Source: Takakia lepidozioides
Lineage: Eukaryota > Plantae > Bryophyta
DNA length: 64,000 nt
NCBI GenBank assembly: GCA_030704615.1
Contig: CM060731.1
Location: 68,820,001 to 68,884,000, forward strand
Direction of reading: 5' to 3'
The notes under the pieces were generated by a model, which worked only from the letters and a program-made list of their open reading frames with translations, was not told the origin of the DNA and did no database searches. The position numbers and the translations under genes were made by a program. Shown here in pieces: positions 36,531 to 50,884 of the stretch; the stretch's first letter is position 1, and each line of letters begins with the position of its first letter.

Positions 36531-37843
36531 TACGTGTAGCCAGGTAGGATCCAGGTGGACATTGTACAAGTGCCGGCCTCTACACTTAACCCAATTTGTT
36601 TTTGCCACGTCCACGCCTAGGCAGAAATGAAAAAACAGGGCTGGTGACCGGTGCACTGGGTGGGTGGAGTAGTTGAAAAAAAAAAAAAAAAACAGTAGGG
36701 GGTGGTGAAGATTTGACATGCCAAAACATGCGTACCAACATGTCAGATATCGCACGTGTGAATTAATTCTTACATTATTCCTAGTGCTCTCCATTGAATA
36801 TTGTCATTGATTGTATTTTCGCTCTGAGTTTTGGATAAAGCCATGTTTGGGCGACTGCCCACTGAATTATTTTGGCAGGACCCTCTGAGCGGCCTTTAAG
36901 ACCCCCCCTTTACTGCGCCACGACGCTTCTGCATCATTGCGCTCTTTTTTATTTCCAAACCCGCAGTTAAGCCCTGCCCGCCCTACTCAAAACGCCGGGC
37001 GGCCCGGCGGCCCCTCCCCAGCCCCGGCCTCTGCCATTGCATAATTCCAGGGATTCGAGTAATGCCAGGCGATTGTGTTTAATTGCTTTCTGACTGCTAA
37101 TTTCTGAGTCTTTTTCTAAAATTATTTTTAACAATTTGAAGAGGGAAAAAAAGAAAATAAATTTCTGTTTTTGGTCAACTTTATTTAGCCATTCTATATA
37201 TATTGGAATATTTATATAATTTGATAATGTCCTTAAAATTTTGTAATCTAAATAGCCGTCCTATACTATTCTTTATTTCTTATACCACAATATATATTTG
37301 TTTTTCAATAATTTATGGGGGTTTTATTTTCCCCCCTTAAAATAGAAAATTGCTTTTTCATCCAGGGTCCGATAGACCCCTTTTGTAGATAAAATATTTA
37401 AAGAAAAAGATAATATTTTCTTTCTCGAAAAATTGAGGGAGGGAATGTTTGTTGATTGACTTAGCAACTGCTGGTTGTCTAATAATGATCAAGATAGGGA
37501 ATTAAAGTAAATAGACGAAAATAGATAGGAATCGCCATATACGGCGAAAGGAGAAATGGGGCAGTGTGCCGCCGAGCAGCCTCCTCGACGTGCTACGCGT
37601 AGCCGTCCCTTCACTTAACTTACGGGTCAACGACTAGTCACTTTACTACTCTCTCCTACATACTCTTAAATCAGAGGACGTTAGCTACTAGAAAGACCTA
37701 GTCTCAGATCGCTAACGGAAAGTTTACCGCTATGACAGACAGTGTAACCACGGTTCCCCGCGATTATCGCGAGGGGTGGAGGCGGGCCGCCCGGCCGCAG
37801 CGGCTGACCCCGAAACTGGTGGGAGGAGATGCAAAGGCGTATG

Positions 37844-37850
37844 TATATAA
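37844..37850 (+). promoter_or_regulatory. TATA box of pectate lyase copy 1
   Basis: TATATAAccgccagctt, mirrored by TATATAAcagccagctt upstream of copy 2. Confidence 0.65.
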
Positions 37851-38195
37851 CCGCCAGCTTTCCTTGTCTGTCTCGCAACCGAATCCTGTGTCCGTGAAAG
37901 GCCTGAATCACAGTAAACAGGGCTGTTTATGAGCTATAATTTGTCCTGCAGTGGCTATTAGCAGTTGATCTCTGAAGTGCTGCTGAGTAAGGAGTCTACA
38001 GAAACCGTGAGGACTGCAAGTCTGTGTTTCGGGCTTTCAAGGAGAGCTGAGTTAGTTCGTTGAGTTTTGTATTCTTGTCCCTCACTTCGGGCTGAGAGAG
38101 GATGCGTTGGGCTCTACTTAGATAGTCTGGGTGTTAGAAATTGAAGTGGTTCAGGTTTCAGTTAACCAAAAGCACCCCGCAGGGATCTCGCAGGG

Positions 38196-40516
38196 ATGGC
38201 CGACTCAACTAGTGCCCACCAGTTTCTCCTGGGTATCTTGCTTGTAGCAATGGCTTGCCGGCAGTGGGGGACGGTGGAATGCCGAACCAGCCCCTTTGAA
38301 GCGAAATCCAATGCGGAGGACTCTACCGATCCGTATTCGTTTTCGTATTCTTCCTAAAGCTGCTGCCCTTGATGACGATGTCGCCCAGATTACCATCCTT
38401 CAAGACGAGAATTTCATTACAGAGACCCCTGATTCCGACAATCAGGATTCTGGGTAAGAGTTCATTACTTTCTCTCTGTCCAGTCCCGTACCAATTTTGA
38501 GGAGACGGACGTCACCGTCTTACTTCATGTAAACTCCATTTCATCCTAGAGAGCATTGTTGGGCGTCTCTTGCGCCTAGGGGATCACTGCACCCAAAGTC
38601 TTATGTACTTACACAATTCTGTGGGTACCGAGTACAGAGAGGAAAGCACAAACGAATTTAGCAGTGGTCAGCTGATCGCTGCGTGGTGTACTCGTCTTTG
38701 AATTTCCAACTGTTGAGTTCATATATATATATGCCACGCAATCTTGAACTGATGTTTGGAAAGCGAAATCTCTGTGTACACGGGCATGTGGATCGTTATG
38801 TACAAAACTTCAAGCTCGGGACTGTACCGTAGCTTATCTAGAATCATGACACTCTTGAGACGGAAACAGAAGAGGTCTAAAAAGTTGATGGTAATTATGG
38901 CTCAATATTGAGTCTTGTAATGTGTGTGTGTGCAGCGTGGAACAGAGCAACAACGCCTCAGTCTCTTTGGCTAGTTACGCCGCATGTGGAACTGGCAATC
39001 CAGTCGATGACTGCTGGAGATGCGATCCTCACTGGGCGTCGCACCGCCAGGCTTTGGCAGACTGTGCGATTGGTTTCGGGAGGCGTGCTATCGGTGGTCA
39101 AAATGGGAGAATTTACGTCGTCACCTCTGATGCGGATGATGATGTTGCAAATCCTGTGCCTGGGACATTACGCTTTGCTGCAACTCGAACTGAGCCTCTC
39201 TGGATTATCTTTGCGCGCAACATGAACATATATCTCCAGAATGAGCTGATCATGACCAGTTTCAAGACGATTGATGGGCGCGGCACCAATGTGCACATTA
39301 CAGGCGGTGCAGGTTTCACACTACAATACGTATCGAACATTATCATCCATGGAATCCATCTCCATGATATTGTTGCGACGGGTCCTGCGAGGGTCATAAG
39401 CTCAGAAATGCACGTCGGGCAGCGTGGGAGAGCAGATGGAGACGCCATCAGCCTCTTTACAGCTAAAGATGTTTGGATTGACCACAACTATTTATCGAAA
39501 GCTGACGATGGTTTGATCGATGCTATCAGGGGCTCCACACTCATCACCATCTCCAACAACTACTTCACCAACCACGACGAGGTAAGCTCTCTACGCTCTG
39601 CAATTCATCAAGTGCAGTGGCTGTTTTCAGAATCTTTGTGGCGTGACCTTCGGTTTTTACCTTCGGATGATTCATTACGTTGTTGCGTTGCGCGCAGGTC
39701 ATGCTATTCGGAGCCCACCCCACCGACACTATTGACAAGGATATGCAGGTCACCGTGGCCTTCAATACTTTCGGACCAGGCCTTGTTCAGCGAATGCCAA
39801 GGTTCACTACTCACGCCAGTTTTTCTGAAGTCTAAACTGGATAATTTCACGAGTCGGTTATGCGACATGAACCTTCTAGTGAACATTGTCTAATTTATCT
39901 AGTTCCACTGTAAATGTGCTGCAGATGCCGGTTTGGGTCCTTCCATATCGTGAACAATGACTATACAGCCGGTTGGGGCAAATACGCTATTGGAGGCAGT
40001 GAAGCACCCACTATCCTCAGCGAAGGCAACCAGTTTTCTGCTCCGAACAGTCGTAAGGAGGTTAGGCTCGGGCCGCTCTTTGATTTGAGAAGATACAATG
40101 ATAAGTACAGAGCTATGATCATTAGATACAGCTATGGAACGCCTCCAATGGTAGCCTGCTTCTGAGATTGTCTGGACGTCTCTCAAGTGATAATTGAGCA
40201 GTAGGTGTTTGTTGACTGTCAAGGTTTTGTGTGCGTTGAATTTTTCACTAAGGGAAGTGTGTTGTTCGCGGACCTGCAGGTCACGAAACGCATTCAGGAC
40301 GGTGGAAGCAATTATGGAGGCTACCAGAGTTGGAACTGGAAATCTGCGGGTGACATTTTCCTGAATGGTGCTTACTTCTCTGGCACGGGAGCGACTTCCC
40401 AAGCTTCCCCTATGTACACCAAAGCTTACAGCATCTCTGCACGTCCCGGCCAGCTTGTCCCTTCTATGACCAAAAATTCCGGTCCTCTTCTTTGTGCATC
40501 TGGAAATCCGTGTTAA
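38196..40516 (+). pseudogene. Pectate lyase (PL1 family) copy 1; exons 38196-38453, 38936-39581, 39698-39801, 39925-40060, 40280-40516; frameshift in exon 1
   Basis: CGTGNPVDDCWRC, KTIDGRG, DGDAISLF, WIDH, DGLID, QRMPRCR, YAIGGS, WNW. Reading from the ATG reaches TAA at 38355 because of a small indel at ~38346-38349 relative to copy 2. Confidence 0.9.
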
Positions 40517-41036
40517 ACCCGCAGGGAGACCTGCGGATGCGCTAAACTGCGTCTGGTAAAGGTGTTCCGGGAGACCTGCTGAGGCTGCCGTAGTTTTTGG
40601 CCCACATAATATTAATCTTCCAAAGTACAATACCCCTCTGCATTTCTGGTGGTGCAGAGTGTCTGTCCGAGGTCTGTCCAGATCCATATTCCTGCTGATG
40701 GGTCGACCCAACAACTCTCAGGATGTAGTGTTGCGGTGGGGACGGCCTGTTTTGTTAGAAACCCAGATATATATTATATGAACATCTGCAACCTCACACT
40801 GTCGGCTGCAATTACCGTCCAGTGTAGACGAGTTGTTACATGTATTCTGAACCTTTCTAGTCTTAAGCAACCTCACAGGTGGCTATGGCTGTTGCCAAGT
40901 GTAGACGAGTTGGATAGATCAACTGCAACCTCAACTTCACAAGACCAGTTGTTACATGAGTGACATGTTATAGTGCAACTGTGCACATCCTCTTCTGTAT
41001 CTCTCTGAAACGATTAAGTTGAACTTGTTGCTCTGT

Positions 41037-41318
41037 TGAGCCAATGATATTGTACATCTGAGGACTCGTGTGATTTTGACTGATCGGTTTGGAAATCAAA
41101 GCTCGGAAAGGATTGTAACATGGTGCCCAAGTATTAAACACACGTGCTTGCAAGGATAGTCTGTGCAGACTCCAGCTCGCTTGAGCCAATGATGTTGTAC
41201 ATCTGAGGACTCGTGTGATGATCGGTTGGGAAATCAAAGCTCGGAAAGGATTGTAACATGGTGCCCAAGTATTAAACACATGTGCTTGCAAGGATAGTCT
41301 GTGCAGACTCAAGCTCGC
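41037..41318. repeat. Two-copy tandem duplication of ~140 bp
   Basis: tgagccaatgat.ttgtacatctgaggactcgtgtgat...gtgcagactc occurs twice, nearly identical. Confidence 0.93.
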
Positions 41319-41664
41319 TGCAAATCATAACCTCTATGCACGCATTCCTTCAAAACCTCCGTGGAAATTCACTCCTGCACTGTGTTCAGATAGCTAACGG
41401 AAAACAGGCCAATCCCACATTAGCTTAACGTAGACTTGTAACCAGGGTTAGCCGCGACTCCTAATTATTCGATGGCATATTTAATTGAACAATCGGTTTG
41501 GAACGGTTTACTTAACGTACGAACCCACTCTTTACCTTTCAACGGGTGAGATTGGCGGGCCTTAAAGCCGACGGTGCCACGGTGGGGTCCGTGGAAAATG
41601 GGGAAGTTGGACCCGACATGACCCGACCGGGCCCGCAGCGCCCGTGACTCGCGGGGGTCAGGTT

Positions 41665-41671
41665 TATATAA
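41665..41671 (+). promoter_or_regulatory. TATA box of pectate lyase copy 2
   Basis: TATATAA in a context conserved with copy 1. Confidence 0.65.
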
Positions 41672-42120
41672 CAGCCAGCTTCTCCCTCGTTTCTATCTCA
41701 GAGCAGCTGTGCCCTTGCTTTCCGCGCTTCCCTCTACGCAGGTTGCTTGCGAGCAATTTGTGGAGGCGTTAAGATTAGAGGAGTACACCACTGCCCAAAG
41801 CTTGTACCGGGGAGCTGCCTTTAGATCTGTGTCTCTGTGTGAGTGAGAGAAACTGTGCGAGTGGAGATCATTTTGTTTTCGGGCTCTTGCAGCAGAGTGG
41901 AAGTGAGTGGAGCTGTGGGTGTGTTGAAGCTTGCATTCTCGTGCACCAGTTTCGTTGGGCAATCCGTACCTCGCTCTAACTCTTTCGCAGCTCACAGAAG
42001 GAGCTCTAGAACTTTAAGAGTCTGTTTAAGTTGCAAGCACGCAAACATGAGTTGTTGGTAGATTGTGGAAACACTCTTGACGCCCCGGACCCCGCAGCCA
42101 GAGAGGTGAGAATAGCAGGG

Positions 42121-44127
42121 ATGGCCAACTCAGCTAGTGCCCGCCAGTTTCTTCTGGGTTTCTTGCTGGTAGCGCTGGCTTGCTGGCAGTGGGGGACGGT
42201 GGAATGTCGAACCAGCCCAATGGAGGCCTTCACCGAGCCTGTGTCTGTGAAGGAGACTGCCGATCTGTATTCGTTTTCGGAGAGTCTTCCTCATGCTGCT
42301 CGTGATGCTGATGCTGCTCCTACCATTCTGCGAGACGAGAATTTCATCACAGAGATCCCTGATTCCGACATTCGGGATTCGAAGTAAGAAGTACTTCCTG
42401 CTCACTCCCGTCCCCACTTTGAGATCTTATCGTACTATCGTTTCCTACTTCTGCCCGGAGATCTCTACTGCTTGTGCGCTATGCCTCATTGTGTTTTTGC
42501 AATGTCTGTACGTGCAGTGTGAAACCGAGCAACGCTGGTTCGGGCAGCGCCTCCTCATTGGCTAGCTACAGCGGATGCGGAACTGGCAATCCCATCGATG
42601 ACTGCTGGAGGTGCGACCCAAACTGGGAGTCGAACCGCCAGGCTTTGGCAGACTGTGCGGTTGGTTTCGGGAGGCATGCTATCGGTGGTCAAAATGGGAA
42701 AATCTACGTGGTCACCTCTGATGCGGATGATGATGCTGCAAATCCTGTGCCTGGGACATTACGCTTTGCTGCAACTCGAACTGAGCCTCTCTGGATCATC
42801 TTTTCACGCAACATGAACATATATCTCAAGAATGAGCTGATCATGACCAGTTTCAAGACGATCGATGGGCGCGGCACCAATGTGCACATCACAGGCGGTG
42901 CAGGTCTCGTACTACAATACGTATCGAACATTATCATCCATGGAATCCATATCCATGATATTGTTCAGACGGGTCCTGCGACGGTCATAAGCTCAGAAAC
43001 GCACACTGGGGACCGTGGCGTTGCACCTGGAGACGCCATCAGCCTCTTTACAGCTAAAGATGTTTGGGTTGACCACAACTACTTGGCGAGAGCTTCCGAT
43101 GGTTTGGTCGATGCTATCTGGGGCTCTACAGCTATCACCATCTCCAACAACTACTTCACCGAGCACGACGAGGTACATCTCTGTCCTGCAGGTCATGGGC
43201 AAGTACTGTGTAAGTATACTCATCTGTTTGGCGTGACTTTGAGTATTATTCTGGACACTGCACTATCTCTGACCTTCTTGGGGTGCGCACAGGTCATGCT
43301 ATTCGGCGCTCACGCGAGCGACACTTTTGACAAGGATATGCAGGTCACGGTGGCCTTCAACACTTTCGGACCAGGCCTTAATCAGCGAATGCCAAGGTTC
43401 ACCCGCTTGCTACTGTCTGTTGTTCGCTTTGATAATGTCACTCAAACTATTCTGTCAATCTGTAAGGTCGTTTTCAAACAAATGCAGGATGAGCGCCTCT
43501 CCAAGGAAGAATCATTGAAAGCATCTCACTGCCAGTGTCTCCAGAAAGTGGATTCACATTGTGAAATATGAGACGTCTCTTCCAGTGTTGTCTTGTAAAT
43601 CATTCTCTCGGAATGTGCTGCAGATGCCGGTTTGGGTCCTTCCATGTCGTGAACAATGACTATACAGCCGGTTGGGGCATGTACGCCATTGGAGGCAGTG
43701 AAGCACCCACCATCCTCAGCGAAGGCAACCAGTTTTCTGCTCCGGACAGTCCTAATGCCAAGGAGGTTAGACTCGCCGCTTGTCTCTTTGATTGGAGAAG
43801 TGATACTTCACAACTGCACAAGTTGTAGCTTGATCGAGCTGTTTTTTGTTTCAAGAACTGTTGACTTAAAGGGGGTGGTGGTTGTTGCAGGTCACAAAAC
43901 GCATTGACGATGGTGGAAACAATTATGGAGGCTACGATAGCTGGAACTGGAACTCTGCGGGTGATGTTTTCTTGAATGGTGCTTTCTTCACTAAGACGGG
44001 AGCGGCTTCCCAAGCTTCCCCCATGTACGGTAAAGCTCAAAGCTTCTCTGCACGTCCCGGCCAGCTTGTCCCTTCTATGACCAAAGATTCCGGTCCTCTC
44101 GTCTGTGCACCTGGAAGTCAGTGCTAA
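42121..44127 (+). CDS. Pectate lyase (PL1 family) copy 2; exons 42121-42383, 42518-43172, 43293-43396, 43624-43765, 43891-44127
   Basis: Signal peptide, [35 protein letters not shown]. All GT-AG junctions are phase-compatible. Confidence 0.95.
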
Positions 44128-46329
44128 TCAGCTGGCCCATTCTGAAGAGGCCTTTGTAGAACTGTGTACTATCACAGGGAGACCTGCGGAGGTGCAAAAA
44201 TGCGTCCCGTGAAGGTGTTCAGGGAGACCTGCTGAGGCTGCTGTAGATTTGGCCCACATGCTCTTCCAGTACAATACTCCTCCGCATTAGCGGTGGAGCA
44301 GAGTATCCATATGCCTGCAGTTGGATCTTCAACAACCTGTAGTTGTTGGGGACCTGTGTTGATTTCTTATAAGTATAATTCTTCGACCTCACACTGGCGG
44401 GCTGTGATTGCCGCCCAGTGTCGACGAGTTGTTACCTGTATTCTGAAGTCCTTTTTTAGTGTTAAGCAACCTCACACTTGGTGACTATGGCTGCCAAGTG
44501 TAGACGAGTTGGATAGGTCAATTGCAACCTTATAACACAGGGCGGCTGCCGGGTGTAGACGTGCTGTAAGGCCAGGGTATATCTCTCAACTGGTTGTTAA
44601 TCACCGATGATCATGGAACTGCTCGGTTCTGTATCTGATTAGAGATTGACAATGATTTGGCAATAAAAGAGTTAAGTACTACAACACAGCCAAGTTGCAA
44701 CTGTTTCGAAGTGTTGGTGACCCAAGCAAACATTCATGCACCACTCCAAATCTTCTCGGTTCCTCCCTCCATTCATGAAATGCTTAACTTCATGTCCAGA
44801 CTCATTTGGGCATGAATCGTGTGTCCTTTATATTGTCACGCGCTGCTGTCCTGAAAAATTCGACCTCCTTCCTCTGTTCCTGGATTCATTTGAAAGTAGG
44901 CCCTTAGTCTTTCGTCATGCCGAACTGTGCATCATATGTATATCTCCCAAACTCTACATTACCAGAGTCTGTATGTCTCGGAAATTATTGAGCCAAGTTA
45001 TATGCAGATTTCAAATCGTAAACCCTGCTTACTGGACATGTACATGATGTGTAAGGGACAAGAGCAACCCCAATGAACACCCTGTAACTTAGCTTACGAA
45101 AGTGCGCCAGCCAACCCCTTCATAACTTAAGGCGTTCATGAGATCAACACTCAAGATCATATCCAGATTTGAAAACGGAAGAGGAATATTCTGTAAATCA
45201 TACGAGTTTACTCAACTCCCAAGGTGTAACACAAATCGAGGATAGACTGTTCAGAACACTGCGCTTTCTCCGGACTGTCCTGCACTGTAACTAAACATGG
45301 CAGGTGCAGAACTCCGACTGAGGAGGACAAGAACTGAAGACTTCTGGGGGACCAAACGTGAGAGCAACGTGGGCTTAAAACCTGGCACACTTTTTGGGCT
45401 CAGTCTCTCATGGGACTACTTATGACTCCTCAGAAGCGTGTCAGACTTGCAGTCGCAGGCACGAAGACAAAGTGCGTGGCCTTTAGTGCACGGAGCCGCA
45501 CTCATCCCAGTTTGGAATGCCTGCAACCACCGCAACATTGGCACTGCCCACCTGCATGATGAGCCTTATTGTTTGATAAATACAATCGAGGTTCATCCTG
45601 CATGCGGTATTCCACGATAATGCAACCGTGACATAAATGAACAAGAGATAGTTGAGAGATTTGACGCTTCCATTTTGCAATACGTAACAGATGGACGTTG
45701 CATCATGCCGTGGTTGTGTCCGTCAGGGAGGGCTGAAATCGACTATCATAAAGAACCCGAACCAAGTGCTGGTCTCATTTTTGGAATGCGCCAGAACTCA
45801 ACGCAAGTAGATGACGGAAAGGCTGGCCAGCTTGGCCAACGCACACCCAAAGCCACTGTTTGACCAAACACCCAGAGTTTGAAGTGTTTCATCTATGCGA
45901 ATCAAGGTTTAGCTATTCTCCGAGATCAGATCGGCATTTAGCAACTGCGAAAGATTTCCCATGTACGCAATCTAGAGAATGCTCAACACTAAGGAAGGAT
46001 GGTAGACAAGACTGGCTTTGGGATTTGGCCTGACGGGTGATACGCAAGTCAACCTGAAATTCCTATCAGGAGGGTCTTCAGATCATCCTAGAAAGCTCCA
46101 TCTTCCGGCTTACAATCTTTCTTACAAGGTTACAAACCCTTTCACCCCACATGCCTGATAGCCGGGCCCTTACAACATCTATCAGGCTCAAAGCCGCTGG
46201 TTTCAAAACCTCCCGGTATGCTCGGGTCTCCAACTTTGTTTAGCACGATGGACTGTGTTACTGCCCTACTCCTTCAGGCGGACATGGAAAATAGCCAATG
46301 TTACAACAAATTTCTATCGGGATACATTA

Positions 46330-46690
46330 TTGATCCTCCGTGTCGATAGAATCTTGCGGCCCAATTACCTGTCTACCGCTCTTCTCTCTCCCTCGCACAG
46401 AGGGGGGCATAGAGGAGGTTCAGGGTGGCTGCCACAGTCTGCACAATGGTAGGTGGGACAACCTGCAACGTGAGGACCGCCTATGCCCCGCTTCTGGGCA
46501 CACCAGGGAAATCGAAAGTGAAGAACATTTCTTCTTTCACTGCCCTTTCTACTATGAGATACGTGGGAGATTCAATTGCCTATTCCGTGATACCCAATCT
46601 CTCAGGGAGGTCTTCCATTATGAGGATCAGAAATGCTTGGCGCTTACCTGCGTGAGGCGTTGACTCTTAGACAATCCCTTGAGCAATAGT
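46330..46690 (+). mobile_element. LINE ORF2 C-terminal zinc-knuckle fragment
   Basis: GRWDNLQREDRLCP...EIESEEHFFFHCPFYYEIR, typical of RTE/RTEX-type LINE 3' ends. Confidence 0.75.
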
Positions 46691-47539
46691 TGATATTGGG
46701 CTGCTTGTGGAGAGCCCCTCTCTCTTTCTTGTCTCTTGCTTTCTCTTGTCCCATAAGCTGTTTGAGCTTTCCGCAGACATTATAAGGTACCATTCCTTTT
46801 CTTGTATTTTCTCTCTTTACTTATATCAAGGCAAGTCACACTACTGGAGTGAGCCCCTCAAATCAGGACTTCCCTTTTTCATTATTCCTTAGTCCTGGTT
46901 TGTTTCTCTAATCAGGTCACGATGCCACTATCCTGGAGCTTCAGGCATATCATTTGTAAGCATCCACTCTCCAGTGCATAAGAAATAGCCAAGAAACTTG
47001 GAGATGCAAATTCTTGAAGCGTATATGTTTCTCCGTTGTCACTCTCATGCAGGTCTAGCTCTTTTGCCACAAGATGTCCGCAATCAACCTCCAAGAAGTA
47101 CATCTCTCTCCCCCATTGGAGTACCATTGGCAGTGGAACCCCAGGTACATGTCTCATCTCTGTGCACAACAGGAGCGGAGCTGATTTGAAGCGGTACACA
47201 TGCGAATTCCGCACTTGTGATGGTGTTGTACCTCTAACCCCAAGCATTCCTTGGAGGAAAACAATTGCAGCCGTTCCAAGTTTTATTCCTACCAGAAAAC
47301 TGGGACACCAGATGCCAGAGGTCACAGCCATAAGTGGCCCGAAGGCATATGGAGGCAGCCTTGCACTCGTCAATCTGTCGATGCAAACTGAAACTTCGGT
47401 GAGTGGATAACCAGATGCAGGTATGGGGTCATTTCACGACCTCTTTCTCTTGCTGGTTGAAGCGGACTGATTGAAAGTAGTCTTAGGCACGGCATATGCC
47501 GAATATGACACTCCCCACTCGACAAGTTTTGATCTCCGA

Positions 47540-47615
47540 TCAGCATGGCCGTTGAAAACCATGATTTTGGTTTTGCTGGGGTTGACCTGCAATCCATAGT
47601 CTTTATAACGGCACT
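47540..47615 (-). mobile_element. Tiny LINE RT fragment
   Basis: YGLQVNPSKTKIMVF matches the GLxVNxxKTKxMVF motif. Confidence 0.6.
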
Positions 47616-49559
47616 GACCATGAGGGCCCATGGGAGACACAAAGAAAGAAGCTTTTTAGTTTTCACAGGAAGCTCGACAGCTTACGGGACCAAGAAACTC
47701 AGGAAACAAGAAAGTAGGGGGCCCTTTACAAGCAGCCCAAAATTCCCACTCCTCAGGGTGAGTTTGTTGCTTTTTGCAGCCAAGGAGATTGGGGAATGAG
47801 TTATAACTATTGACATATGCATAAGATATAGCGTCGGAATTGCCCTTACGAAACCTATGGATAATACCTCAAGATACAGATCATCAGAGCAAGCTCACTG
47901 CTTTCCTCCTTAAGAGCTGGATTCCGTAGTTTGCTTAGACTACAGTAGAAGCAGGTCTTATCACGAGCAAACTTGGGCGCAAATTAGGAGTTGCTGAGGA
48001 CAACGGTTGTTAAGGTTCGAATTCTCAGTTCTGAAATCTCTGATGGTAATAGGAATTGTGGGGCTGCTGCTTCAGGTGACCCCAGAAGGCCTTCCAGAAC
48101 AAACCACTCTGATCAAAATAGAAACCCGTCAATAAAAGCTTGGAGAAACAGAGCAAATTTCGAGACCTGGGTGCTGTGACTTATCACCCCAAAAATGCAA
48201 CAAAGGGATCATTGGCATGCTTGTAACAATGATGCCTGGGGTGAACAGTCTTGAAGTTCACATTCCCACATGCCAGTTGACCTGGAAGGCTAGTAGGCCC
48301 AAAGTCACTTCAATCAATTGTCAGTCAGGGACTGCTATGTACACTCTTTCTGACAGAGTCGTAGCCCTTAAAGTTCTTATTCTCTGGATGAGAAAAAGAA
48401 AATCTTTCTTTTCAAATGAGGAGGACCCACAGTAGAGCTGCTTTTGCTCAGGGAACGAGAGGAATTGAGTCTGTGATTGAGCTACAGTTGCCGGAGAAGG
48501 TCACTCAGATTCGATCCACAGATTTTCTTTGCACCCACATCACTGGTATCCATAAGCAACCCTTGCTACTGGAGGGAAATTGCTTCGGTAGTTTGACCTA
48601 TGATCTTCCCCATTTGTGGACCATGAAAAAGGAAACAGCCAGAGAGAATGATCACTGAGTACTGATGTACAGGAGTCTTGTGGCCACAGCTCATTGTGAC
48701 TTAAAAGGGAGCAAGGGGGGACAGGGATGGGTGTGTCCACTGTAGGAATGTGCCTCCAGTAGAGAGACCCACCCTAAATTTTAAATAGAGAATCTGGAGC
48801 TCTTTAGAATAACATTGAGAAGAGGAAGAAATGAGATCCATTATGTCCATAGGAACTACATGGCATATATTGGAACTACAAGAGAAAACCAAGAGAAAAA
48901 GTGTTCTCTTACTTTGCCAAAAGCAGCAGCATTGATATATGTACTGCGGATTCCAAATATAGACAAACGTTGCTGTAAGTAAGAACAGAGTTGGTGATGG
49001 ACATTGGTGATGGCACTGAGCTCTGGAAAACTGAGTAAGGATGCCGGTAGTGCTTGTGCATGCTGCTCCAGACTTGAATATTGCCACACTTGAGATCCTT
49101 CGCACCTTCCACGTTCCGACGCACACGGTTCACCCTCCCACACGGCCAACTGCGTCTCCAGCTCCAAGACTAGGCGAGTGTAGTCCACGGCTCTCCACAC
49201 AACTTTGGGGTAGCAAGTGTGCCTTAGCATTCCATTAACATCTTGATTACATTGCGCGGATTGTCTTACTCCTACACCTAGTCTGCAGACTGCAAGAAAT
49301 TCTTGCCAAACTCCACAAGATTCCTTGTCCGTAAAAAGACATGATAGATTTTTGGGAGGGAAGGGGTGCAGAAATGTAAATGCAATCAAAACAAGTGCCT
49401 TAAGGGATGCTCTTAAGACTATCATGTCTTATGCAAAGATTTTTGCCCTCATGAGACAAGGTTTTCTGAATGAAGAATGAGGCAGTTTCGCTCAGGAGTT
49501 TTGTCCTTCGTCTAATTTGCAATGTGCAAGGTTTTCTCCGGGAGGGTTTTTAATCCTGC

Positions 49560-50110
49560 AAGAGAGATGCTTCATCTACTGGGTTAGATCCTTGCAAGAG
49601 CTTGGATTATGACTCAATTTGCGAGTGTTGGACCGAGACTGGAAAGATGCCCATGACAGTAGCTGGTGATGGGGAATGTGCAGGAAGTGTGATATGTGGC
49701 CCTACTCTCTTTGCTTTAACTTATAGACGAGAGCAGTACGACTGCATTTTGATGGCTTATGACATTGGCACCGATGTGTGGACTAAAGTTGCTATACGGA
49801 TGCCTAATTTCGTGGAGATGGTTACACTACTCTAGCTGGTCCATTACTTGTAGAGAGGGGCGGGCGCCTATTGCTATTTGGGGCTATTGATCGCTTCTTT
49901 ATCTGGAGATCCATCGCCCAACCATCATCGGTGTGTTGGAGTTCAAAGTTTCTACAACGACTGCAGGGTGGATGGAGATTGCAAGAACTAGTTTGGCCAC
50001 CTAGTACCGCTTGAAAGTGGTGAGCCGTGACAATCTCATATTCTTCTGCAGCTTAGAATCTTCTCCAAATCCAGAAGTAGGCTAGTTGTGATTTATAACA
50101 TGAAGCAACA
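49560..50110 (+). pseudogene. Probable F-box/kelch-type beta-propeller relic
   Basis: YDSICECWTETGKMP, LMAYDIGTDVWTKV..RMP, LVERGGRLLLFG, with stops and frameshifts. No F-box seen. Confidence 0.45.
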
Positions 50111-50884
50111 GTACACATGGACATTCCCTCAGGATTTCTTTCCACCTGCTCTTTTCTTTTATGTTCTTGTAGAATGTCATGTTCCAGTTCATGATACATG
50201 TAATTCATTTCTAGATTCCATCAGTTTGTGTGTGTAGCTTCTTCTTCCCCTTCCCTTGCTGCATGCTATTTGTACAAGTATTGTGTACACAGCTCTGAAG
50301 TATCCAGGATCCCGTATCCAAATCAAGAACATCTCTACTGTGTGACCCAATACCTACAGCTGGAATCATGCTCAAAAGGCCCAAACTTGACTCTATATTC
50401 CTCTCCAATTTCAATCAGAAAGCCGCTCCTTGGAAGTAAGACTTTGCATGGCTATCACTGATTTTTCTATGTTGGGGAACGCCATGCAGAACAAACACAA
50501 AATGCTTAAATGAAAGAGAAATTGAGTGCACGCAGCCTGCATATATTGATGTGATGAAGTTGGGTTTTCCCTGGGTGGCTGTGTGTACTTGTCCCTGAAA
50601 GAAAACCATATCAAGTTGCCACTCTGGTGCATCGATTCATCAGCTTATGGAGCCCCAGCGAAAGGAAGAGCTGAAGTTAGTTATAATTTTCTAAAGCAGA
50701 ATATGTAACCAGATCTATTACAGCTTTATACTGTAAGATACCTCCATGTAGAATATGAAATTCCACTTTGCGAAGTACTGGAAGCCCATGTAAAATTGTA
50801 GAGACAACAAATCGACGAGCTAGCTATATATAACTAGTATATATTCTTTTCGAGAGCAATTGCTACGTTGATACTTCGAATACT

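Noticed and set aside
35844-37500. Possible non-autonomous DNA transposon (CAGTG start, minisatellite, GC-rich then AT-rich blocks)
   Set aside because: No matching TIR or TSD could be identified.
37600-37640. Helitron-like 3' end (CCGT...ACGG then CTAGT); similar at ~18505-18541
   Set aside because: The hairpin is poor and no 5' TC end or second copy was found.
46900-49430. ORFs of 120-190 aa with faint F-box-associated/kelch resemblance
   Set aside because: Motifs too weak and inconsistent between strands.
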